Below, piece after piece: positions 18,314-27,735 of a stretch of 64,000 nucleotides of DNA (position 1 is its first letter; the number at the start of each line of letters is the position of its first letter). Made by a program: the position numbers and the translations under genes. The notes under the pieces are model-generated. The model made no database searches and was not told where the DNA came from. It worked only from the letters and a program-made list of their open reading frames with translations. Source of the stretch: Bacteroidota bacterium (lineage in GTDB: Bacteria; Bacteroidota; Bacteroidia; Bacteroidales; FEN-979); assembly GCA_026391355.1 (NCBI GenBank), contig JAPLDH010000078.1, positions 6,358 through 70,357 on the forward strand, written 5' to 3'.

Positions 18314-19026
18314 AGCACCCTCCTTGGTTGATGATCGAAAATATTGAATTTTGATTCCCAAGGGGCTGTACCAAAATCCAGGTCATAACCAGACTTCTGT
18401 TCAAGATATTGGACCAGTTCAATCTTTGTTTTATTTGCACCGTCAGCAAGTTGTAACCCTCTTGCTTTGTACGTAATTGCTCCAATAAAAATATCGGCAA
18501 GCTGAATAAACTGTGAATCAAATGAACGAATGTGTTGAAACCATTTATATGGGCTATTACCATAAAATTTATTCCGGAAAATCTCATCTAGCATTTTAAG
18601 CTTTTCACGGCCTCTTGTATCTTTAATATCCAGAAAAACCTTATAATTATCTGATGTATTATTAAGCCATGGATTTGCTAACAAATAGAAAATCATCTTG
18701 TCATAATAGATGTCATGCCGGCCTTCATTGAATTTCTGATGTTGTAAACGGTTTTTATGTTTTATTAAAAGGCAACGGAACTGTAAAGGCTTATCGAAAA
18801 AATAATCAATTAATTCCTTGTAGAGAGCTCCCTTTGTATTACTAATAGTATTCCACTTTATTTCATGTACAATACCATGATTCCGTTTTATTTGTTTAAT
18901 CTCAGTTTTAATTTTTGGAACTTCCTCTGAGGGGACTTTAATATATCCCACTGCCATGATATTTGATAAATCATGCTCCAAATGGCAGCTCTCATCAATA
19001 TAAAGGTTATAATCAAACATGTTCAA
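18310..19026 (-). CDS. DUF3800-family protein
   Basis: N-terminal YNLYIDESCHLEHD and C-terminal QLADIFIGAITY match the DUF3800 pattern as I remember it. Confidence 0.6.
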   Translation of the reverse strand: MNMFDYNLYIDESCHLEHDLSNIMAVGYIKVPSEEVPKIKTEIKQIKRNHGIVHEIKWNTISNTKGALYKELIDYFFDKPLQFRCLLIKHKNRLQHQKFNEGRHDIYYDKMIFYLLANPWLNNTSDNYKVFLDIKDTRGREKLKMLDEIFRNKFYGNSPYKWFQHIRSFDSQFIQLADIFIGAITYKARGLQLADGANKTKIELVQYLEQKSGYDLDFGTAPWESKFNIFDHQPRRVL

Positions 19027-19279
19027 CTAATTTTTACAAAATTCACAAATTATTCCTTACAAACTCAGGCAGAGGGTTAGTAAGATATATAATCACTTGA
19101 CTCATAACAACAACTTACTGTCAGATTTTACCATAATCTTATCATGTCCAAACGCAAAATTCCTCACACCACCTAAAGTAACGTTTCATCTTTAGTAATT
19201 GACACGGCAAGTTTTTCCAATGTCAGTTTATACCTAAATAATTCATGCTATATTTTATTAATTTTCATTCAAAAGCACT

Positions 19280-21955
19280 TTATTTAAAAACATTAGGTGA
19301 AACTACACCTTTAAAACTGCTTGTCTTTGTTACCTGGTCATGTGGGATTAAAACGTGTTTCCAGGGTTTACCTCCATTTTCGGATGTGTATTCTGTTGCA
19401 TAATTGCAATACTTTAATGCTGCTTGTGCCTTTGCCTGAACATCCGGGTCGTTAATTTCATTGACTGCTTTTGTTTCTATAAGGTAGATGCAGTCGGCTG
19501 ATTCAGAAACAAAATCAGGTTCGTAAAGTTTAGTGTTATGTTGCCAATAAATGCGAAATTGGTTAGGCGCTGGTCTTAACCATTTCAATACCTCTTTATC
19601 GTTCTCTAGAATATAGGAAAGGGTCTGTTCTGTCCGGCTATCAAACTTGTACTCAAAATGACAACTTTTTTCAAAGCCTCTAAAAATAAATTTCGGAACC
19701 TGTATAGCAGGGAAATTGCCATCCCTGTAGTCTTTACGAACTACATTAATTAAAGCCGTAAAATTCCATTTTTCAATACTGGTAAAGGGTTTTACATTTG
19801 GTTTTATATAATCAGGTTCATGCAAGCGAAAATGTTGCATCATTTGTGAATAAACTCTATTGGCGATCAATCGGCGCCACTGAAAAACAATTGTTTTTAT
19901 AGATTCCCCCTCTTGTATATTATTTTGCAATCTATCAACTGCTTGTTTTGCAAGCTTGTGCAACAAGTCTGCATTGGCGTCATAATCAATTTCTGAAAAA
20001 TTTATGAGTTCTGATATAAGCAACTTAACGGGGCTGCCATAATTCACACCTGCTTTCACTTCAATTACATCAATACTTTTATCCTTCAGACCAATTCTTA
20101 TAATTTCTTCGTTTAGTTGCTCATAGGAAAAGTCCTTGCTATCCAAATCAAAATCATCAAAACTTGCAGTTACCATGCCTAGAACTAAATCCATTCTTGG
20201 AATCTGAATGATGTTCTTTTTAAAATCAGCAACCAACTTTTCATAAATTTCATCTGCTTCGGCAGCTATTTGAGTAGCGAAAAGATTAATTTGCCCGGTG
20301 CTTAGTTCTTTTTGCACCGCTTCCATTACTTGTTTTTTAACTTCTGGTTTAATTAAATCATCTACCTTTTTTACCTGTGAATTGGTATTGAAAAATGGAA
20401 TAACATTTACCAGTATCCTTTTTGCATCGACAATATTTTGTTGTTTCTGTTTTTGTGTGGAATCCTGAATTTTATTTACTGCCTCCTGTTCTTTTTGTAA
20501 ATTTTCTGTAATTGTGTTTTGCACCGTTACTACTTCGACTCTTTCGTTTAATTGAGCGGCATCAATTTCGACAAACTTGAGTTTATTTAAGATTGAGTTG
20601 GGGTCTTGCGCTGCTGCAATTACTCTATTGAAGTTATCATGAGCAACTATCGTGAGTTTGTCAACTTTATCATTTCCGGTTCTTTCACCACCAAAAGGCA
20701 AACGCAAACCCCTACCAATGGTTTGTTCAACCAATACTGATGCGTTGGCTGCACGGAGCGGGACAATTGTATAAAGGTTCGTAACATCCCATCCCTCCTT
20801 GAGCATGTTCACATGAATTACAATTTCAATTTCGTTGTCATCAAGCTCCAATGAAAGAAATTGTTGTTCTATCAATTCTTCGTTCCGGGTGGTGCTGTCA
20901 ATCTGTAACACTTTATCAGCGAATGTGCCTTCATAAAAATCTACTGAAGAAATTAAATCATACACCGCTTTTGCATGCGTAGTTTCACGGCAAACAACTA
21001 AAATAAAGGGTTTTACTAATTTTTTACCGGTGTTCAGAGCGAATAGTTTTAACTCTTGTTTTGTATCTTCATGGATACTAACCGCATCCTCCAGTTTTAT
21101 TTTTTCAATTTCATCCTCGCTTCTGCCTTGGGGATTAAAATCTTTCCGGGTGGCGATGGTTGGGTTTTTTACATATAGGCCGTCCGTAAGCGCCTGAGCC
21201 AAACTATATTCATACACGACGTTTCTGAATTGATTGCCTTTTTCATCTATTGGCGTTGCCGTCAATTCAATACCTAAAACCGGTTTCAGCTCATTGATAG
21301 CATCCTTACTCTTATCAGCATGGTAACGGTGGGCTTCATCCATTAAAATGACTAAGTCATTGAGGTTGCTGAGATATTCCCAATAGCTTTGACCCAAATA
21401 TTCCGAAAGTCGTTTTATTCTCGGAGCTAAATTTCTGCCCCCCTGTGTTGTCGGCTTTGTTTCTCTTGCAAATTTAGAAACATTGAAAATATTTATTCTG
21501 ATTTCGGTTTCGCTGAAAAGCGAACTGACTTGATTGTAATTATCACCTGTAATAATAACCGGTTTGTTATGAACAAAATCTGCAATACCGTTGAACACAT
21601 ATTTTGGATTGCTGCTATTCCCAAAATCTTCAATCAGTTTATTGTAAATTGTGAGGTTGGGTGCTAAAACAAAAAAATTTCTGATCCCCTTTTCCAGATA
21701 CAAATATGCAATACAGGCGCCCATCAATCTTGTTTTTCCGACTCCGGTTGCAATACTGTAACAAATGGATACAAACTCTCTTTCAAAATCGGTACAGGTT
21801 GGATAAAGTGCTTGTACTTTTCCCAATTCTGATTTCAGGTCAACTTCTTTTTGTAATTCCAATTCACCTGAAAGGAAAGTTAGAATATCAAAAGCCTCTT
21901 GCAAGGGTTTGCGAAGTGATAATCGTTGCTTAATATTTTCTGCAATCTGGTTCAT
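19280..21955 (-). CDS. res: Type III restriction enzyme Res-like subunit (SF2 helicase plus C-terminal PD-ExK nuclease)
   Basis: Walker A ATGVGKTRLMG, DEAH box LMDEAHRYH, TATP, motif VI QTIGRGLRLP. C-terminal YEPDFV...IYLIETKA is a PD..ExK motif. Directly downstream of a Mod-type MTase. Confidence 0.85.
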   Translation of the reverse strand: MNQIAENIKQRLSLRKPLQEAFDILTFLSGELELQKEVDLKSELGKVQALYPTCTDFEREFVSICYSIATGVGKTRLMGACIAYLYLEKGIRNFFVLAPNLTIYNKLIEDFGNSSNPKYVFNGIADFVHNKPVIITGDNYNQVSSLFSETEIRINIFNVSKFARETKPTTQGGRNLAPRIKRLSEYLGQSYWEYLSNLNDLVILMDEAHRYHADKSKDAINELKPVLGIELTATPIDEKGNQFRNVVYEYSLAQALTDGLYVKNPTIATRKDFNPQGRSEDEIEKIKLEDAVSIHEDTKQELKLFALNTGKKLVKPFILVVCRETTHAKAVYDLISSVDFYEGTFADKVLQIDSTTRNEELIEQQFLSLELDDNEIEIVIHVNMLKEGWDVTNLYTIVPLRAANASVLVEQTIGRGLRLPFGGERTGNDKVDKLTIVAHDNFNRVIAAAQDPNSILNKLKFVEIDAAQLNERVEVVTVQNTITENLQKEQEAVNKIQDSTQKQKQQNIVDAKRILVNVIPFFNTNSQVKKVDDLIKPEVKKQVMEAVQKELSTGQINLFATQIAAEADEIYEKLVADFKKNIIQIPRMDLVLGMVTASFDDFDLDSKDFSYEQLNEEIIRIGLKDKSIDVIEVKAGVNYGSPVKLLISELINFSEIDYDANADLLHKLAKQAVDRLQNNIQEGESIKTIVFQWRRLIANRVYSQMMQHFRLHEPDYIKPNVKPFTSIEKWNFTALINVVRKDYRDGNFPAIQVPKFIFRGFEKSCHFEYKFDSRTEQTLSYILENDKEVLKWLRPAPNQFRIYWQHNTKLYEPDFVSESADCIYLIETKAVNEINDPDVQAKAQAALKYCNYATEYTSENGGKPWKHVLIPHDQVTKTSSFKGVVSPNVFK

Positions 21956-21975
21956 ATTATTTCCTGATTACTTGA

Positions 21976-23715
21976 TTAAAAAAGTGAGGGTTGGCTTTCA
22001 TCTTCTTTCTTTTCGTTGGCGGAGCTGACTGATTTATTGGTTTTAGATTTCATTTTTTTGCCAGTCGATTCATCTATGCTGATTTCATCTTCATTGGTCG
22101 AAGAATTATCTGGTTCGACATGAGGAAGATTTATAATATTGAAAGAATAATCATCTTTGCCAAACTCACATCTGCCATAAAGCATTTGAGGAATTTTTTT
22201 GATAGTGATGTTGCCAGGTCTTGATTTACATTCTGTTTTAAAACCTTTGCAGCAAATCAATAAACTTTCGTTGGGTTGCAATTCTTCTGCAAGCCTGTCA
22301 AACATTTCTACAGTGATAAATTGTGTAGTGGTGAAAATGAAATCTTTTTCGCTGCTTTTGCCTTGTTTCCAATAAATGCTTTCATGTGGATCATAGCGGA
22401 ATCCCTCTTGTTTTGCCATTGCTGCAGCCAACATATTGGCATTGTAAGTTGGGTTGATAATATCGTTGCCATATTTATCTTTTTGAATTAAACTGGGTGC
22501 AAGAGTGTAGAATTTAAAACCACCACCACCTTTCCATTCCAAAAGGTTACTTATCCCACCCTGATCTGAACCATCTATTACTTTTGCTAACCGAGGAACA
22601 CAAAGTGAGATGGCATGTGCCCCTAATTCAATCCCAATCCATCGGAGATTCATTTTATGAGCGACCGCTGCTGTAGTCCCTGAACCTAAAAAAGAATCTA
22701 GTACCCAATCACCTTCATTTGTAACTGAGTTAATAAGCGTATAAATTAATTTTTCTGGCTTAGGATAATCAAAAGCTTCACTATTTCCGAAAAGCAATTC
22801 ACTTTCTTTAGTAGCATCTTCATAAGTTGACATTTCATAGTGAGCAACACTCAATAAATTTTTCATTTTCTTTGGTTCACCGCCCTCTTTAATGTGATTT
22901 GGCCTAAAAGGAATCTGACTGATTAATATCTTCTCTTTGCATTTCATTATTTCATCCAGTTTACTTTGGGAATAGCGCCATTCTCCTTCTAGTCTGAATG
23001 CATTAACATTAAAACCTGCTTTTATCTCAACCCTATCAAGTAAACGAGTGATGATGTTACCACCAGACATGTCACAAGCCTCTATAATTTGGTCTTTTAG
23101 ATTGAAATATACTGAGCCAGCTGAAAATTTTAAAATACGAATACCATTACCAGCATTATTTATCGGATATTTTTTCCCTTTAGTTGTCTCACCATAGATG
23201 AAGGGTGGAGAGTACTTTGCATTTTTACCATAGCTTAAAATGTATTCTGTTATCGACCCCATATTTGATAGGAAGGAGGGTTTTTTCTTTTTTTCCCAAA
23301 TCAAAGAACCTAAAAAATTACTACGACCAAATATTTCATCAGATAATATTTTTAAATAATGTACTTCATCGTCATCAATACTTATAAATAAAATACCATC
23401 ATTTGAAAGTAAAGACTTGATGATTTCTAGACGAGGCTTCATTAAATTCAACCATAAAGAATGTTGCAGTCCGTCATCGTAATGTTCAAATGCATTGCCT
23501 GTGTTATAAGGAGGATCAATATAGATACATTTAATCTTATTAGAAAAGTTTTGCTCCAATGCTTTTAAAGCAAGTAAATTGTCACCGTGTATTAGTAAAT
23601 TTTCAGAATTATAACTGCCAAAAGAGTATTTTGGATCCTCGATTAAAATTCTAGGTTCTAATTTCTGATCATTACCTTTACCAATCCAAGTAAGTTCAAG
23701 TTTTTGATTTTTCAT
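21976..23715 (-). CDS. mod: Beta-class N6-adenine/N4-cytosine DNA methyltransferase (type III Mod-like)
   Basis: Motif IV IYIDPPYNTGN precedes motif I VLDSFLGSGTTAAVA. A long variable region lies between them, the presumed target-recognition domain. Confidence 0.85.
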   Translation of the reverse strand: MKNQKLELTWIGKGNDQKLEPRILIEDPKYSFGSYNSENLLIHGDNLLALKALEQNFSNKIKCIYIDPPYNTGNAFEHYDDGLQHSLWLNLMKPRLEIIKSLLSNDGILFISIDDDEVHYLKILSDEIFGRSNFLGSLIWEKKKKPSFLSNMGSITEYILSYGKNAKYSPPFIYGETTKGKKYPINNAGNGIRILKFSAGSVYFNLKDQIIEACDMSGGNIITRLLDRVEIKAGFNVNAFRLEGEWRYSQSKLDEIMKCKEKILISQIPFRPNHIKEGGEPKKMKNLLSVAHYEMSTYEDATKESELLFGNSEAFDYPKPEKLIYTLINSVTNEGDWVLDSFLGSGTTAAVAHKMNLRWIGIELGAHAISLCVPRLAKVIDGSDQGGISNLLEWKGGGGFKFYTLAPSLIQKDKYGNDIINPTYNANMLAAAMAKQEGFRYDPHESIYWKQGKSSEKDFIFTTTQFITVEMFDRLAEELQPNESLLICCKGFKTECKSRPGNITIKKIPQMLYGRCEFGKDDYSFNIINLPHVEPDNSSTNEDEISIDESTGKKMKSKTNKSVSSANEKKEDESQPSLF

Positions 23716-23722
23716 TAAGTTG

Positions 23723-24790
23723 TTATTTAATTAGCCAATGTTTTGCATCGGCCCTTGTTTGATTAGTGCAATTTTTTATTTGTTTTTTGTAAAGGCTGCC
23801 TCGAAGAAAAGAAACAATATACTTATTAGTACCAAGTTTTACAAACTTTAATAGCAACGGCCTATCGAAACTTGTTATTTCTGAGATTGTAAAGCGATAA
23901 GTATAGTTACCAAAACGGCAGATGACAGAAGGCCGAAACTCATTGTAGGGGAATTTTAATTGAATTGTTTTATGAATTTGGTCTGGCTTTACATCAAAGT
24001 AATTTTCTAATACAGATGATGGTATTTGAACTTGTGTGCCATTTGCTCCAGTTTCAGTTAATACTTCCAAAAATAAAATAGAACCAACTTTTGGCTTGAT
24101 GATTCTTTTGCTTTGTGCCTTCCCTTTAATATGCGAAACGGTTGATATTGCTGGAATATTTAATTCAGGGAACAGTTTTTTTAATTCATTACTTTTTCTT
24201 CTTTGTGTTTTCTCAATCTTTTCTATACGAATGCGTAATTTTTCAAGACCTTTTAACAGTGCTTTGTCGATGCTTCTTAAATTGTTCTTTTTAAATGGAT
24301 TTTGCGGATTACTATAAGTTTCCCAGACATCTTCAAACTCTTTTAACAAAGAATTGTCTTTTTTTCGGTCTAATTCTATCTTAATTGAACATTCGCTATT
24401 TATTGAGATACCACCAAGAGATAAATTTGATGAACCAATAAATACAGTCAACGAATCTTTTTTGTCAAAAAAATAAATCTTAGGATGAAAAGTGTAGTTA
24501 TCGTTGGATGCATTAAATACTTTAAAAGAGCCTTTTGGCATCCGTTCATTTAAATATCTTAACACATCAATTTCACTGGTTGTGCTACCTAAACCAATAA
24601 TCATTTTCAATTGAGAATATTTAGACTCATAAAAACTCTCCAACTCTTCATAGATTGTATCCAATCCACGCCATGATAAATATGCGACCAGAGCCCTAAA
24701 GCAAGTGGTGCTCTTGTCTATTAATTCTAATTTTAACTCGTCCTTTAATGGATTATTAAAAGGGGTTTGGTTTATTACTTGTGTTTTCAT
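23723..24790 (-). CDS. Single-HKD phospholipase D-family nuclease with a C-terminal beta-rich putative DNA-binding domain (BfiI/NgoFVII-like architecture)
   Basis: One HxKx4D..GSxN motif (FHPKIYFFD...FIGSSNLS). The C-terminal ~130 aa carry no catalytic motif. Confidence 0.75.
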   Translation of the reverse strand: MKTQVINQTPFNNPLKDELKLELIDKSTTCFRALVAYLSWRGLDTIYEELESFYESKYSQLKMIIGLGSTTSEIDVLRYLNERMPKGSFKVFNASNDNYTFHPKIYFFDKKDSLTVFIGSSNLSLGGISINSECSIKIELDRKKDNSLLKEFEDVWETYSNPQNPFKKNNLRSIDKALLKGLEKLRIRIEKIEKTQRRKSNELKKLFPELNIPAISTVSHIKGKAQSKRIIKPKVGSILFLEVLTETGANGTQVQIPSSVLENYFDVKPDQIHKTIQLKFPYNEFRPSVICRFGNYTYRFTISEITSFDRPLLLKFVKLGTNKYIVSFLRGSLYKKQIKNCTNQTRADAKHWLIK

Positions 24791-24822
24791 GAGAAAATTG
24801 ATTTTTGTATATCCTGTCCAAA

Positions 24823-27735
24823 TTATTCTACTTTCCAGCGAATTGTGAATAATTCTTTCTCAGTTGTATTTTGCTTCAATCGTTGTTCGATTTCATCCAA
24901 TAGATTGTCTTTCCGTTTTTCAATATCATCTTCATTCTGATATTGATTGTATCGCTTTTCCGCTAATTTTTTCTCAAGATCCTTAATGATGCGATGCTCT
25001 TTTACTTTCTGTTCAAGGTTCAACAGTTTTCTTGCTTCTGTTTTCCGGGTCTTTATTTCTTTGTCCAGATCCTTTATTTCAAACTTAATACTGTTCCTTA
25101 CATCTTCACTCCACTTTTCAAGTTTATCGACTTCTTCATCAAAAAAAGCATGGTTTCGGTTACGGTTTTCTTCAATAATACCTATTTGCTGCGCATGATA
25201 GTTTTCTTCCATAAGATTCTTGACTTCATTCGGTACAATAGATTCATAATCAACTATATTTGCCTCCAAAGAAAATAGGCGTTGGCACTGTTCGGGAAGC
25301 AGAAAATTTCCGTCATCATCAACGGCAGCAAATAAAATATGGTCTTCCATTTCAAAACTTGAAATCGAGATTTGTTTTACCTGGAGCCAGCCTTGTTTAC
25401 CTTTCAGGACTTCAAGTATCGAGATTTTTCTTGAACTACTGGTATAATCAAAAATCAATTCCTGTAAAGGTACTTCCTGAGTTTTACATTTTGCAATCAC
25501 TTTTTGTGCTAACGGATGCCCAACACGATAAAGGTTTTCATTGGAACCCAATTCGGTAACTTCATATTTTTCTCCAATATTTTTCTTGCCAACTCTATAA
25601 GGTCCTCTATTTATGGGTTCACCCGAGAAGGGATTTCGATTTAGGTAGAAACTGTTTTCTGAATCATTAAAAGTGGCAAAGGACTGTAAGTAAAATTTAG
25701 TGATTTGCCACAACCAATTTTCAAACTTGTTCAGATAATCACTGCTTTGCTGCAAATTAATTTTAAGTTTCTCATGAACTTCTTCATCAAAATTCTCCAG
25801 AAGTTTTTTCCTCGTTATATCGATACCTTGTTCAATTTCCGGTTCCATTTCCTTCTGCAGCAAATCAAATGCTTGTTGTATGGCTTCGGTGGTTCTGCAG
25901 GTTTGGTAAATATTAATAATCCGCTTTTCAAAATCAACTCCGCTTTCAATTGATCCCAAAACTTCATCGCTCGCACCGAAAACACCACTAAACAACTGAA
26001 ATTTTTCATCAAGCAATTGATAAACTCTTTGATCTGCAGCATTGGTATTATTCAGAAAATTCACCACTACTACATCAAACTTTTGCCCATATCGGTGGCA
26101 TCTTCCAATACGTTGTTCAATGCGTTGGGGATTCCAGGGCAAATCATAATTGACCACCAGTGAACAGAATTGCAAATTGATACCTTCTGCCGCCGCTTCA
26201 GTTGCGATCATTATAGTTGCTGTATCATGAAAATAATCAACCAGCGCCGCTCTTTTATCGGCTGTTCTTGAACCTGTTATTCTGTCAGTTCCTTTATGTC
26301 TTTTCAGCCATGCCTGATAAATCTGATTGCTCTTCGGGTCATTATTACTACCATTAAACAAAACTATTTCATCCTTGTACCCTCCAGCTTCTAAATTGTT
26401 TTTAAGATACTCCTGTGTCCGGGTGCTCTCAGTAAAAATAATTGCTTTCCGGTTTGCTTTAAGTTCAGTCAATTTCTGAAAACCCCTTGCTAACGCAGTA
26501 AATAAAACCTCTCCTTTAGAATTTACAGTGATTGATTTTGCTAATTTCTTAAACTCATTAAGTGAATCAACTTCTAGTCTTATTTCGGAAATTTCATCTT
26601 TGGTGTAAACACGTTTCTCTTTTATTATTTCTTCTTCTTCATCAATCCACTCGTCAAGTTGATCTTCATAAATCTCATAATTTTCCGAGAACACTTCAAT
26701 CACCATTTGAGGCGATTCTAATTGTTCTGTTATGGTTTTTTCCAATTTGTCGGCCAAACCTTGCAGAGTGCCCGATATAGCATAAGTAGAAGATGCCAAC
26801 AGCTTACGAAGAACTAAAGTCATAAGTGTACGCTGACCAGGTGGCAACGCATATAAGGTTGGTCTTTGTAGATATTCAGAAACTAAGTTATAAAGCTGTT
26901 GTTCATCTTCACGAGGTGTAAACTCCTGGAGAATGCAAGCCCGGTTTGTATAATTAATATACTCAAGGACCTGCCTTCTTAATGTTCGCTTACAAACCGG
27001 TTCTAACCGTCTTTTTAATTCTTCAAAGTTTTTTTCTTCCGAAAGCCGTGTGTATTGTGTTTTGAAACTTTTTAAATCGCCGAAGGCATATTCGTCAATA
27101 ATGCTGACTAAACCGTATAACTCTAAAAGGGAATTTTGCAAAGGTGTAGCTGTAAGAAGAATTTTTGGCGCATGTGCAACAGCCTCTTTTATTGCTCTCG
27201 CAATTTTATTATTGGGTTTGTAAATATTCCTTAAACGATGCGCTTCATCAATAACAACTAAGTCCCAATCAACTTTGCTTACATAAACCGCTTTACTTTT
27301 TACAAAGTGATAGGAACAAATAATAACCTTATCGGTTTGCTGAAAGGGATTAAAGTTTGCTTTTTGCAATTCTTCATTAAAAGATTTTGTTTCAAGGATG
27401 ATCGAGGGAAGAAAGAATTTATCTGCAATTTCCTGATTCCATTGTTTACGGAGATTGGCGGGAGGAATGATTAGAATTTTTCGTTTACGTTCAGCCCACT
27501 TTTGAGAAATGACAATTCCGGCTTCAATGGTTTTTCCTAAGCCTACTTCATCAGCCAAAACGGCACCTTTTGAAAGCGGTGATTGAAAAGCAAAAAGTGC
27601 GGCATCAATCTGATGGGGGTTTAAGTCAACCTGTGCATCAGAAAGTGAAGCTGTAAATTTTTGTAAGCTATTTGAAGAATATCGCTTCGTTATTTCATAT
27701 GCAAAGTATTTTGCATGGTATGGAGTGATGTTCAT
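24823..27735 (-). CDS. SNF2-family ATPase/translocase with a ~370-aa C-terminal extension ending in a charged coiled coil
   Basis: DEVGLGKTIEAG, VIDEAHRLRN, LTATPLQN, GINLQ..NYDLPWNPQRIEQRIGRCHRYGQ. The tail is rich in E/K heptads (EEVDKLEKWSEDVRNSIKFEIKDLDKEIKTRK...). Confidence 0.9.
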   Translation of the reverse strand: MNITPYHAKYFAYEITKRYSSNSLQKFTASLSDAQVDLNPHQIDAALFAFQSPLSKGAVLADEVGLGKTIEAGIVISQKWAERKRKILIIPPANLRKQWNQEIADKFFLPSIILETKSFNEELQKANFNPFQQTDKVIICSYHFVKSKAVYVSKVDWDLVVIDEAHRLRNIYKPNNKIARAIKEAVAHAPKILLTATPLQNSLLELYGLVSIIDEYAFGDLKSFKTQYTRLSEEKNFEELKRRLEPVCKRTLRRQVLEYINYTNRACILQEFTPREDEQQLYNLVSEYLQRPTLYALPPGQRTLMTLVLRKLLASSTYAISGTLQGLADKLEKTITEQLESPQMVIEVFSENYEIYEDQLDEWIDEEEEIIKEKRVYTKDEISEIRLEVDSLNEFKKLAKSITVNSKGEVLFTALARGFQKLTELKANRKAIIFTESTRTQEYLKNNLEAGGYKDEIVLFNGSNNDPKSNQIYQAWLKRHKGTDRITGSRTADKRAALVDYFHDTATIMIATEAAAEGINLQFCSLVVNYDLPWNPQRIEQRIGRCHRYGQKFDVVVVNFLNNTNAADQRVYQLLDEKFQLFSGVFGASDEVLGSIESGVDFEKRIINIYQTCRTTEAIQQAFDLLQKEMEPEIEQGIDITRKKLLENFDEEVHEKLKINLQQSSDYLNKFENWLWQITKFYLQSFATFNDSENSFYLNRNPFSGEPINRGPYRVGKKNIGEKYEVTELGSNENLYRVGHPLAQKVIAKCKTQEVPLQELIFDYTSSSRKISILEVLKGKQGWLQVKQISISSFEMEDHILFAAVDDDGNFLLPEQCQRLFSLEANIVDYESIVPNEVKNLMEENYHAQQIGIIEENRNRNHAFFDEEVDKLEKWSEDVRNSIKFEIKDLDKEIKTRKTEARKLLNLEQKVKEHRIIKDLEKKLAEKRYNQYQNEDDIEKRKDNLLDEIEQRLKQNTTEKELFTIRWKVE

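Noticed and set aside
19280-27735. Calling the operon a bona fide class 1 DISARM system
   Set aside because: No DUF1998/DrmB-like ORF is present. The helicase carries type III Res features, including a C-terminal PD-ExK, and the MTase has the type III Mod motif order. It is kept as DISARM-like/hybrid only.
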